Of a stretch of 35,574 nucleotides of DNA, positions 18,050-25,525 are shown piece by piece. This DNA is from a virus. Taxonomy: Duplodnaviria; Caudoviricetes. The position numbers and the translations under genes were made by a program. Where the stretch lies: positions 1 through 35,574 of IMG/VR virus record IMGVR_UViG_3300015203_000019. One strand, 5' to 3'. The stretch's first letter is position 1. The number at the start of each line of letters is the position of its first letter. The notes below the pieces were generated by a model. It saw only the letters and a list, made by a program, of their open reading frames with translations. It had not been told where the DNA came from and did not search any database.

Positions 18050-18449
18050 CTCGCACCTCGTTCAGATTGATGTCGATCGGGCCGCCGTCGGGGCCGCTGA
18101 TGGCCTGGGTCGGCTTGCCCCACCCACGGTCGAGGATCGCCGTCGCCGCGCTCACCGCGACCTTGCCTTCGCCTTCGCGCATCCATAGCGCCAGCGTGCC
18201 GATCGCCTCTTCGGTGAGCGCCTGGCACAGCAGCTTGACGCGCTCGTTATCCTTGGGCCGGCCGCCGGGGTTGCCGCTCTTGCCCTTCTCGAAGCGTCCA
18301 TCAGTGCGCCTGTTATCGCCCTGTTCTGAGGTGCGACGACGCTTCTTTCCCTCGCCCATGTCCCCAGATCGGCCGCGGTCGCGTGTCTCAGCGTGCGCGG
18401 GCTTCTTCGTGCGGGACTTGGGGCGGGGTTTCCGTGTGTTCCTGGCCAT
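17979..18449 (-). CDS. terS: Terminase small subunit (DUF5681-like)
   Basis: GRFEKGKSGNPGGRPK and ILDRGWGKPTQ...SGPDGGPI motifs; upstream of terL; start may be 18449 or 18359. Confidence 0.8.
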   Translation of the reverse strand: MARNTRKPRPKSRTKKPAHAETRDRGRSGDMGEGKKRRRTSEQGDNRRTDGRFEKGKSGNPGGRPKDNERVKLLCQALTEEAIGTLALWMREGEGKVAVSAATAILDRGWGKPTQAISGPDGGPIDINLNEVRGAVESKLARIAAMAAEAGVSKQP

Positions 18450-18530
18450 TGGTGGGATCTTTGCGGGGCGCCCGAAACTTGTACCCATCCCCCCGAGCAT
18501 CCCCGGCGGCGGCGAGCGTTTCGTTGGCTG

Positions 18531-18570
18531 GAAAGCAAAAGCCCGCTCGCGGCTGTTGCCGGGCGGGCTA
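18531..18570 (-). terminator. Intrinsic terminator in the late-operon leader
   Basis: Minus strand AGCCCGC-CCGGCAACAGCCGCGA-GCGGGCT followed by TTTGCTTTC. Confidence 0.7.
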
Positions 18571-18653
18571 TGAGCGGGGTCGCCGCTTCATCTCATGGGC
18601 GCTATTTTGCACCCTAGGTTTCGGTGACTGATTCGCGTGCATTTGTCAAGCGG

Positions 18654-19331
18654 TCATCGCCCATCGTTTGCGAATGACCGTTGACGGCGCAGCTTGGCCT
18701 CGTCGTAGCGGCGGGACATCTCGCGCCCATACTCGCGGTCGAGCCAGGCGAGTATCTCGCACACAAGGCGCAGGGCCACCTCCCAGACGGGCTTGGCCGT
18801 CTCGCGGCGGACGGTCGGCGTGTACTCCTTCGACCACTCCATGGCGTCGGCAACGGTGGGCATCTCGCCGTTCGGCCGGCGCAGGACCATGACGTTGAGG
18901 ATCTCGCGCGTGCGGGGGGAGATGCGCGGCTCGAAGAACGCCCAGCGCTCGGCGGCCTTCCGCTGCGTCTCGGAGACGCCAAGGCGCTGCGAGGGATCGC
19001 TGCGGCCGACGCCGGTGCCGTAATCGCCGACGCGAGGGTGGGCGACACGGCTCTCGTAGGCCCAGCGCAGCCGATCGGCGGCATGGTACTCGTGGGCGTA
19101 GAGCTTGTGCATGATGGCCTCGAGCGGCTGCTCGAACTTGTGCGCCTTCGGGCTGCTGTCGCCGGCGTGCGGCACGACCCGGATCACGCTCGGCGCAACC
19201 TTGGCGCGGGCCGATCGCTCGGGCGTGGGGACGTTGGCGAAGCCCTTTTGCCTAGTAAGCGCCCGCTCCAGCTCGGCGCGCAGCTCGGCCTTCGCGGTGG
19301 CGAAGTCGGCCTTTTCGCCGGTGACTTTCAT
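18654..19331 (-). CDS. Putative late-gene activator/antiterminator (DUF6456-like)
   Basis: ATG 19331 overlaps the upstream stop; 225 aa; LYAHEYHAADRLRWAYE motif and C-terminal sigma4-like helices; occupies the lambda Q position before the late leader terminator. Confidence 0.55.
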   Translation of the reverse strand: MKVTGEKADFATAKAELRAELERALTRQKGFANVPTPERSARAKVAPSVIRVVPHAGDSSPKAHKFEQPLEAIMHKLYAHEYHAADRLRWAYESRVAHPRVGDYGTGVGRSDPSQRLGVSETQRKAAERWAFFEPRISPRTREILNVMVLRRPNGEMPTVADAMEWSKEYTPTVRRETAKPVWEVALRLVCEILAWLDREYGREMSRRYDEAKLRRQRSFANDGR

Positions 19332-19840
19332 GGCAACCTGATCCGATCCAGCCGCACGTTCCCGGCCCGGTCGCGCTCGAAGGCATAGCCGACGCTCTTG
19401 CCGCTCGCGATCGTCCCCTTGAGCAGCTGAAATGCCGCGCTCGATGAAGACATCGCGGCAGCGATGCGCTCGGTGAGCACGAACGCGAGCTTGGGTTCGG
19501 CCCATAGGCCGCCGGCAAATGTGATGCCGAGGCCCATGATGGGCAGGAATACGCCCTGCTGGACCCAGCGCGCAAACGCGGCCGCATAATCAACGCGCAC
19601 TCGCGCGATCTCATCTTTGTCTGCGGAACTCAGAAGATGATTGGTCCGCCCCGCATCGAGGGCCACCCATCGAGTGAATTCCAGATCAGCAGCGGCGTCG
19701 AAGTGCACGTCTCCCGTGACCGCCGGTTCGGAGATCATCCGGTGAATGTCGCCCATTACCTTATCGATGGCCGCGCGCAAGTCGGCGCGGTCCTTCTCGG
19801 TGAGCGTTTGCGTTCGATCTATGCGCTCAATGTCGATCAC
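19328..19840 (-). CDS. Hypothetical protein
   Basis: GTG 19840 overlaps the upstream stop; 170 aa; coupled to the downstream gene by ATGA. Confidence 0.6.
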   Translation of the reverse strand: MIDIERIDRTQTLTEKDRADLRAAIDKVMGDIHRMISEPAVTGDVHFDAAADLEFTRWVALDAGRTNHLLSSADKDEIARVRVDYAAAFARWVQQGVFLPIMGLGITFAGGLWAEPKLAFVLTERIAAAMSSSSAAFQLLKGTIASGKSVGYAFERDRAGNVRLDRIRLP

Positions 19841-20172
19841 TGCCCGGCCCCCACAATCGTGCGCGCGGGGGTCCACACAATCCGGCAATCACCCTGCAGC
19901 ACCTCGCACGTCCCGAACAACGCGGCGGTCACGAGCATTGCCGCGAGCGCGGCCGAGGCGACCATCCATGACCACTCGCGCGCGGTGAGCATCGGGCGCT
20001 CCTCGACGCGGAAGCCCTCGATCTCGTCGGCTTCGTCATGGTCGGCAATCGGTGTAACAACCCGGCGATGAAACAGGCGCGAGGCAAGGCACGCTGCGCC
20101 CTCTCGATCTGACGCTATTGAGGAGACGGCTTGCGGGGTGCGAGCCATGTGCATCAGGTCCAGGGGTTTCAT
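19837..20172 (-). CDS. Hypothetical membrane protein
   Basis: ATG 20172; 111 aa with one hydrophobic helix WMVASAALAAMLVTAALFG. Confidence 0.55.
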   Translation of the reverse strand: MKPLDLMHMARTPQAVSSIASDREGAACLASRLFHRRVVTPIADHDEADEIEGFRVEERPMLTAREWSWMVASAALAAMLVTAALFGTCEVLQGDCRIVWTPARTIVGAGQ

Positions 20173-20186
20173 CGCCGGGGTCTCGC

Positions 20187-20789
20187 TTACGGGATCAGGC
20201 CGCGCGGCGCTGAGAACTGCCAGCGCCCGACGAGCATGACGCGATCGGCCGTGGTGGTCAGGCCGCCAAACGCGGCGTTGTCCATCCAGTCGTGCATGTA
20301 CTCGATGCCGAGCGAGATGGGCGTGCCGGCGATTTTCTGCTCCGCGCCGACGCCAAGGCCCCAACCGTCGATGTGGTTGCCGCTGCCGGCCGCGCGCAGC
20401 CACTCGCCGCGCACGTACAGCAGCGACGCCTTGCTCGGCAGCACGCCAGCGCTGGCACCGACGGTGAGCGTGTAATCGACCCCGAACGTCTTGAGGTCGC
20501 CCCAGAGGCGGTCATAGCCGGCGTCGAGGCCGAGCACGAGCGGCCCGAACTGCTGCCGCAGGAACACCAGCGCCCCTGCATCCTGGCCGGTCACGTTCAT
20601 TCCGCCGCCACCAAAGTCGACGGCGCCTTGAGCGACACCCGCCCGCAAGCCTACGCCTACGCCAGTCCAACTTTCGTCACTGACGGCCGCGGCGCGAACC
20701 GGCGCCTGGGCGATACCCTCTGCGCTCGCTGCGGTAGCCAGGGCGAGCAGTGTTGCGATGAAAAACCACGTTTTGAGATAGGTCGGCAT
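20187..20789 (-). CDS. Outer-membrane beta-barrel protein (Omp25/RopB/Lom-like, about 8 strands)
   Basis: ATG 20789 with GGAGAGG RBS; signal peptide ...LALATAASA; SWTGVGVG, GPLVLGLDAGY, LLYVRGEW, GWGLGVGAE, ISLGIEY, VGRWQF amphipathic strands. Confidence 0.8.
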   Translation of the reverse strand: MPTYLKTWFFIATLLALATAASAEGIAQAPVRAAAVSDESWTGVGVGLRAGVAQGAVDFGGGGMNVTGQDAGALVFLRQQFGPLVLGLDAGYDRLWGDLKTFGVDYTLTVGASAGVLPSKASLLYVRGEWLRAAGSGNHIDGWGLGVGAEQKIAGTPISLGIEYMHDWMDNAAFGGLTTTADRVMLVGRWQFSAPRGLIP

Positions 20790-20854
20790 GTTGCCTCTCC
20801 GTTGGTGTTGACTTGGGACGCACGGAACGCAACACGCACGCACGCGGAGCAAAA

Positions 20855-21136
20855 TCATTTCGTTTCGAGCGGCGACATGCGCGAGCGGCGATTGATAGAT
20901 GCCCACGCGCTGCGCTCCCAACGCCAATCACGCAATCCCGTGCACATGCGCAGCTTGCCGCACACCGAACAGGGCTGCTTCGACAATGCGATGATGGTTC
21001 GCGCCGGCTCGATGGCGCCATGCTCGAGCGCACAGTGGTCGCAGATCGGCGACGACATCGACTTGTTGGCGATCTCGTTCAGGAGGTCGGCGTCGTGGAC
21101 GCTTTCGGCGTCGGCGTGAAGCTGGCGTGGGGTCAT
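20855..21136 (-). CDS. Small zinc-finger protein
   Basis: ATG 21136 overlaps the upstream stop; CDHC...CSVC; 93 aa. Confidence 0.6.
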   Translation of the reverse strand: MTPRQLHADAESVHDADLLNEIANKSMSSPICDHCALEHGAIEPARTIIALSKQPCSVCGKLRMCTGLRDWRWERSAWASINRRSRMSPLETK

Positions 21137-21621
21137 GCGGATTTCCTTATGCCGGCATAGCCGCGATAGGTGGCGATAACATCCGCTGGCGGCCTCCAGT
21201 TCGGCATGAGCTTGGAACCGGGCGGGCAAAATTTGGCGTAGCTCCAGGCGTACAGCTCGAGCTCGCGGCGCCAGCCCTCAGCTGTGGCTTGCTGGCCGAG
21301 CACCGTCGTGCGGATGTAGTTCGCGGCCCAGGCCCGCGCTTCGCGGTCGCGGATCTCCCAGGGCATCTTCGCGTTGGCGCCAGGCTCCGGTGTTGGGTTT
21401 GGCGTGAGCGCCGACCGCGCGTCTTCGCAGGCTTCGACGACTTGCTTCGGCGTCGGCCAGTAGCGACCGCAATCGCGGATGAGGTAATCGCCGGCTCGCG
21501 CCAGAACATTCGGGCCGAACGGATCGCTCAGCCGCGAATATTCTGCCAGGAAGCCGGGCACGTCCTCGGTTTTTTGTGGTGGGCCGAGCGTCGCCAACAA
21601 GCGCTTGATCAGCGGGTTCAT
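21133..21621 (-). CDS. Hypothetical replication-associated protein (gene P / helicase-loader position)
   Basis: Coupled directly after the initiator; LIRDCGRYWPTPKQV resembles the FxPxxAE motif of phage loader proteins. Confidence 0.55.
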   Translation of the reverse strand: MNPLIKRLLATLGPPQKTEDVPGFLAEYSRLSDPFGPNVLARAGDYLIRDCGRYWPTPKQVVEACEDARSALTPNPTPEPGANAKMPWEIRDREARAWAANYIRTTVLGQQATAEGWRRELELYAWSYAKFCPPGSKLMPNWRPPADVIATYRGYAGIRKSA

Positions 21622-22475
21622 GCGGCCTCCTGGGCGCCGTAGCGCTCGACCATGAACTCGCGGGCCTGCTGGCTGCGGCGCTTGAATTCGGCCATCTCGG
21701 TGCTGTTGTCGCCGTCACTCTCGTCGCGCATTCGGCGGCACATCGCGAGCCACAGGCCCGGCGGATCGCGCACGGGCTTGCCGCGGGCCATGTGCTGGCG
21801 CAGTCGGTCGTGGCCGCGTCGCACGCCACGGTGGCCGTAGTCTGCAATCATCGCGTCGAGGCAAGCTCGCGCTCGCTCTGGTGGCACCCACTTTCGAAGA
21901 TCTAAAATCAAATCTTCATCAGCCCGCCCGCGCTCAGCGTCTTGCTGGATGGCTGATTGTTGTTCTTCTAGCTCTGGTATCTGGCTTCTAGATAAGGGAG
22001 ACGCCCCCTCTGATTTTATTGGCTTTTCTGGAAAGATGTTGGGAAGTTCCGGCTGATCTTTGCCGGAAGTCTGCCGGAAGTCCGCCAGAAGTGGGTCGGC
22101 GACCGAGTTACGGCGGACGGGTTTTGGTGCCGCAGCTGGGCGCTCTCGGCGCACCATTTTGGCAATCTCTTTCATCATCCGCCGGTTGCTCAGGAAGCCG
22201 TCCCGGCTCTCCAGCTTTTCGAGGCGGATGAGGTCGGCGCGCAGGCGCCGGATGATGCGCGGGTCGCAGCCCAGGTGCGCGGCGAGCCATTGCTGATCGT
22301 CGGGAAGCGGCCCCTTGCGCTCCCACATGCGGAACAGGAGGTCCACATAGAAGCCCTTCTGCTCATACGTTAGGGCTTCGGTCCCTCCGAACCAGTTGGA
22401 TGTATAGAACATCACAAACGACGACGTGTCGGCCTTGCAATCGCCTGCTTCCTGCTGCATATCTTGTGCGTTCAC
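21618..22475 (-). CDS. Replication initiator, DUF1376/YdaU family
   Basis: FVMFYTSNWFGGTEALTYEQKGFYVDLLFRMWERKGPLPDD...LSNRRM N-terminal domain; GTG start with GAGGAG RBS. Confidence 0.85.
   Translation of the reverse strand: MNAQDMQQEAGDCKADTSSFVMFYTSNWFGGTEALTYEQKGFYVDLLFRMWERKGPLPDDQQWLAAHLGCDPRIIRRLRADLIRLEKLESRDGFLSNRRMMKEIAKMVRRERPAAAPKPVRRNSVADPLLADFRQTSGKDQPELPNIFPEKPIKSEGASPLSRSQIPELEEQQSAIQQDAERGRADEDLILDLRKWVPPERARACLDAMIADYGHRGVRRGHDRLRQHMARGKPVRDPPGLWLAMCRRMRDESDGDNSTEMAEFKRRSQQAREFMVERYGAQEAA
22041..22093. repeat. Iteron-like 11-bp direct repeats, probable replication origin inside the initiator gene
   Basis: TGCCGGAAGTC TGCCGGAAGTC CGCCAGAAGTG at 22061-22093, inverted partial copy TTCCGGC at 22047-22053, AT-rich tract at about 21955-22040. 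Confidence 0.7.
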
Positions 22476-22521
22476 GGTGGATACTCCTCTTCAAGTGTTC
22501 ACTGTTCCCTGATCGAGACTT

Positions 22522-22560
22522 GAGAGCCCCGGGGCTTGCCCCCTGGGGCTTTCGCTTTTC
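22522..22560 (+). terminator. Intrinsic terminator oriented antisense to the early-right operon
   Basis: AGCCCCGGGG-CTTG-CCCCCTGGGGCT followed by TTCGCTTTTC on the plus strand. Confidence 0.6.
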
Positions 22561-22735
22561 ACGGCTCCGTCAGATTGAGCAGCGCATATGCGGCGACGAT
22601 CCTGCGCTCGTGATCGCTCACCGACGCCGGCTCGTCGCGGCCGCGGCGGGCGATGTCCTTGATGCGCTGCGGGTCCATCCGGCGCACCAGCCCCATGTAG
22701 TCGATCAACTCGGCCCGCTTTGCTGGCGTGCTCAT
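22559..22735 (-). CDS. Small hypothetical protein (58 aa, not in ORF track)
   Basis: MSTPAKRAELIDYMGLVRRMDPQRIKDIARRG...; ATGA overlap with the upstream gene, GGAGGG RBS. Confidence 0.6.
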   Translation of the reverse strand: MSTPAKRAELIDYMGLVRRMDPQRIKDIARRGRDEPASVSDHERRIVAAYALLNLTEP

Positions 22736-24261
22736 GCTGCCCTCCTTCCGGTCCGTGCCCCGCGCTGCTTGCGCGCCCGATCAAACCGCCGCGCAAGGTG
22801 CGCCCATTCACGGCGCATTAGCGGCTCGTCTTCGAGCTCCCGAAAAAAAGCCCGCGGGCGCACCACCTGGGCGCCCGCGGAGTTGTCTGCCGGCTCGGTC
22901 ACGGCAGGGGGTTGCTCGGGAGCCGGCAGCTTGTATTTGCGGGCGGCGATGACGTAGCGGGTGGGGAGCTGCTTGCCCTGCGTCTTGGGGCGTTGCTTTT
23001 CGCATCCGCGCGTGGTTTCGAGTGCGCCTTTGACGTGATCCGGCGAAGTCGGCTCGCGGAAATCGGCCTCAACAAACTCGAGATAGAGCGTTGTTATCTC
23101 GGCGCTGTCGTATGAGCCGGCGAGGCCCATGGCTTGCATCCACGTGACGAACCGGCGCGCGGCGTCCTTGGGCGTGTCGCGATGGCGAAGGCGCTCCGGC
23201 CGGCCGGACACAGGGAAGTCAACCGCTTGCAGCGAGGGGATAGAACCGGGCACGGGCACGCGAACCGGTTTGACGGGCCCGGGAGCAGGGGCGGCGGCGA
23301 CGGGCTCCGGCGCGGCCTCGGCCAGCGGTTGCGCGGGTGGCTGCTCCGGCACCTGCGCCGGGGGCGGCAGGGCTGCAACTGCAACGCTCGGTATTTCGGG
23401 CGCCGACGGGGTTAGCGTGATCGGCTCGGCCTTCGGGGCAACCTCCTCCCCCCTGCGGGGAGAGGGATCCTCGATCCGCCACGCCACTCCAGCCCCCATC
23501 GAAAACAGCGCCTCGATGATGATCAGGGCGATGGCTATGCCGCCGATCTGCACCACGGAAATGGCGTTCTGTGAGTAGCCGGAGAACTCGGCCATCATCT
23601 CCGGGCCGCTCTCTGTGCGGAGCAGGACCTTCCCCCCATCTGGGGATATGGGCGGGGTGATGGGCTGCTCGATTGGCGCCTCTTGCGTGCCGGCCTTACC
23701 CACTTCCGCGATGATCCTCGCGGCGCTGGCGGCGAAGTCTTTGCCGAGCACCTTGCGTTCTTTCCCCCGGGCGCCCTTCACCTCGGCCTGCATAAAGCCG
23801 AGCTGCGATTGGGCCAGTCGCTCCATCGCCTCGCGCTGCTGCTTGGCGGCTTCCTCGGCGGCGTGGCGGCGCTCCTCGACAGCCCTTTGCGCGTTCTGGC
23901 GGGCTTCCTCGGCCGCGCGGAGCCGGTCTTCCGACGCCTTGGCGACGCTCATGCGCTCGGCGGCGATGAAGTTGGTGATCGAGAAGACGGCCAGCGTCAC
24001 CAAGCCGAGCATGAGCACCAGGAACGCGGCGCCCATGGATCGCCGGAACCAGCCCCTGGAAAGGACGAAGGCGCACCCGGCCATGCCGGACAGGCACACG
24101 GCGACGTCGACCACGACGGCGCCGGCCGACAGCAGGGCCCGGCCTTCGGCGGTGGCGCCCATCATGCCGCCGGCATGCCGGCTCATCAGGATCGTGGTCA
24201 GCAGCGCGCCGCCGGCCACGCTTGCCAAGCCGATCGCAAGTCCTTTGCCGCGGAGCGTCAT
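22732..24261 (-). CDS. Membrane protein with about 4 TM helices, coiled coil, Pro-rich linker and C-terminal winged-helix-like domain
   Basis: ATG 24261 (MTLRGKGLAIG) with GGAG RBS; 509 aa; three N-terminal hydrophobic helices, AEEARQ coiled coil, fourth TM (IGGIAIALIIIEALFSMG), P/A/E linker. Confidence 0.75.
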   Translation of the reverse strand: MTLRGKGLAIGLASVAGGALLTTILMSRHAGGMMGATAEGRALLSAGAVVVDVAVCLSGMAGCAFVLSRGWFRRSMGAAFLVLMLGLVTLAVFSITNFIAAERMSVAKASEDRLRAAEEARQNAQRAVEERRHAAEEAAKQQREAMERLAQSQLGFMQAEVKGARGKERKVLGKDFAASAARIIAEVGKAGTQEAPIEQPITPPISPDGGKVLLRTESGPEMMAEFSGYSQNAISVVQIGGIAIALIIIEALFSMGAGVAWRIEDPSPRRGEEVAPKAEPITLTPSAPEIPSVAVAALPPPAQVPEQPPAQPLAEAAPEPVAAAPAPGPVKPVRVPVPGSIPSLQAVDFPVSGRPERLRHRDTPKDAARRFVTWMQAMGLAGSYDSAEITTLYLEFVEADFREPTSPDHVKGALETTRGCEKQRPKTQGKQLPTRYVIAARKYKLPAPEQPPAVTEPADNSAGAQVVRPRAFFRELEDEPLMRREWAHLARRFDRARKQRGARTGRRAA

Positions 24262-24266
24262 GGCGG

Positions 24267-24431
24267 TCACTCCGCGCTGCCGCCGGACCACCTGTCTCGC
24301 TTGGCATAGAATTGCGTGGCGTCGAGCCCTGCTCCGACGTTGCTGCGGGTGCGCAATTCGGCGCAGCCCAGCTGCGAAACCATGATGAGGCAGAGGAAGA
24401 GGATGGCGGTGATGCGGAGCTCGAGTGTCAT
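24267..24431 (-). CDS. Small putative lipoprotein
   Basis: MTLELRITAILFLCLIMVSQLG-C: basic residue, hydrophobic core, lipobox-like LGC; 54 aa. Confidence 0.5.
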   Translation of the reverse strand: MTLELRITAILFLCLIMVSQLGCAELRTRSNVGAGLDATQFYAKRDRWSGGSAE

Positions 24432-24598
24432 GGCGTCGGGTTTCCGTGGCTGGTGACGCAGCACGCGGAGGCGGAACGCTTGACGCTACGATGCGAAATG
24501 ACTGGACAAACTGACGCACGCAATTTTAGGTTGACGGCGTCGTTATGGGAGGCTCGGCTATGTATGCATGCAGATTATCGCGTTACCCCCCCCACCAC

Positions 24599-24826
24599 TC
24601 AGGCTACGCGCCGTCGCTTTCTCTTGCTTCGCGCATCATCTGATGCCGAATTCTCACGGATGAACTCGCGAGCGCGCGTCATGGTCCTTACGGTGACGCG
24701 ACCCTCGCGTAGGCGCTGAACGAAACTCCACTCGTGGACTGCCTTCTGGCCGAAGGTCGTTTCGGCCATGTTGGCGGCTGCGCAATAGGTCTCGATCTCT
24801 CGGAGCAGTTGTTCGGTTTCCGTCAT
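24599..24826 (-). CDS. cro: Cro-like repressor
   Basis: 75 aa LLREIETY...MAETTFGQKAV...FVQRLREG, divergent from cI; ATG lies about 7 nt after the -10 box (likely leaderless). Confidence 0.85.
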   Translation of the reverse strand: MTETEQLLREIETYCAAANMAETTFGQKAVHEWSFVQRLREGRVTVRTMTRAREFIRENSASDDARSKRKRRRVA

Positions 24827-24832
24827 GGCTTG

Positions 24833-24877
24833 ACTTGTAGTCGGATATATCCGACACGTCAATAGGACATATCCGAT
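24833..24877 (-). promoter_or_regulatory. pR-like promoter with two operators
   Basis: Minus strand TTGACG-17 nt-TACAAG; perfect palindrome GTCGGATATATCCGAC (24840-24855) fills the spacer; second copy ATAGGACATATCCGAT (24862-24877). Confidence 0.85.
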
Positions 24878-24916
24878 AATCTGTGCTGTCTGGAAAAAAC
24901 CCGGTATGCGTTGGTC

Positions 24917-25525
24917 ATGGCAACGGCCTCGCATCCCCCATGGGTTAAGCGACTGCTCCAGGCGATGGAGGAGGCTGGGCTCAACATGAAATCATTGTCG
25001 CGGAGGGCCGGATTGAACGCCGGCTATGTCAGCGAGATGCTGGCGAAGGGCGTGACGCCCACGGTGGAGGTTTTCCTGGCGCTGGCCGAGGCTGCCGGCG
25101 CGTCGCCGCAGTGGCTCCTACAAGGCGAGGACCATGCGACGGTCAAGCTGCCGATCATTGGCGTCGTCACATCCGCCGAAGCGTGGACGCCGACCGTTGA
25201 TGCCAAGCGCAACCCGTTCGAGCTCGACGTGCGCGGCTACGACATGGTGGCGATCGAGGTGCGGGGCGACGCGATGGCGCCGGTATATCGCGACCAGGAT
25301 ATGCTCGTCTGTCAGCGCCGCTCGGGCAAGTTCCTGCAAAACCTCGTCGGCCTCGACTGCGTCGTGGAGACGACGAAAGGCGAGCGCTACCTCAAGATTT
25401 TGCAGAAGGGATCGCGATCGAACCTCTACACCCTCCGGTCGTATAGCCCGGCCGTAAAAGATGTGGAAAACGTCGCGATCGCTTGGGCAGCGCCCGTGAT
25501 CTGGATCAGGCGCGGCGGCCGATAG
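24917..25525 (+). CDS. cI: CI-like repressor (XRE HTH + S24-like C-terminal domain)
   Basis: RLLQAMEEAGLNMKSLSRRAGLNAGYVSEML...PQWLLQG HTH; C-terminal domain AIEVRGDAMAPVYRDQD...GERYLKIL. Confidence 0.9.
   Translation: MATASHPPWVKRLLQAMEEAGLNMKSLSRRAGLNAGYVSEMLAKGVTPTVEVFLALAEAAGASPQWLLQGEDHATVKLPIIGVVTSAEAWTPTVDAKRNPFELDVRGYDMVAIEVRGDAMAPVYRDQDMLVCQRRSGKFLQNLVGLDCVVETTKGERYLKILQKGSRSNLYTLRSYSPAVKDVENVAIAWAAPVIWIRRGGR

Noticed and set aside
75-24385. Long plus-strand ORFs in the track (e.g. 75-698, 3596-4675, 7127-7936, 14925-15830)
   Set aside because: Antisense shadows of well-supported minus-strand genes in high-GC DNA; no RBS or recognisable motifs
3066-24519. Extended N-termini given by the ORF track (starts 4058, 7473, 8164, 8622, 14320, 15633, 16769, 19505, 20927, 24519)
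   Set aside because: They overlap upstream genes extensively; internal starts with RBS or stop-start coupling fit better
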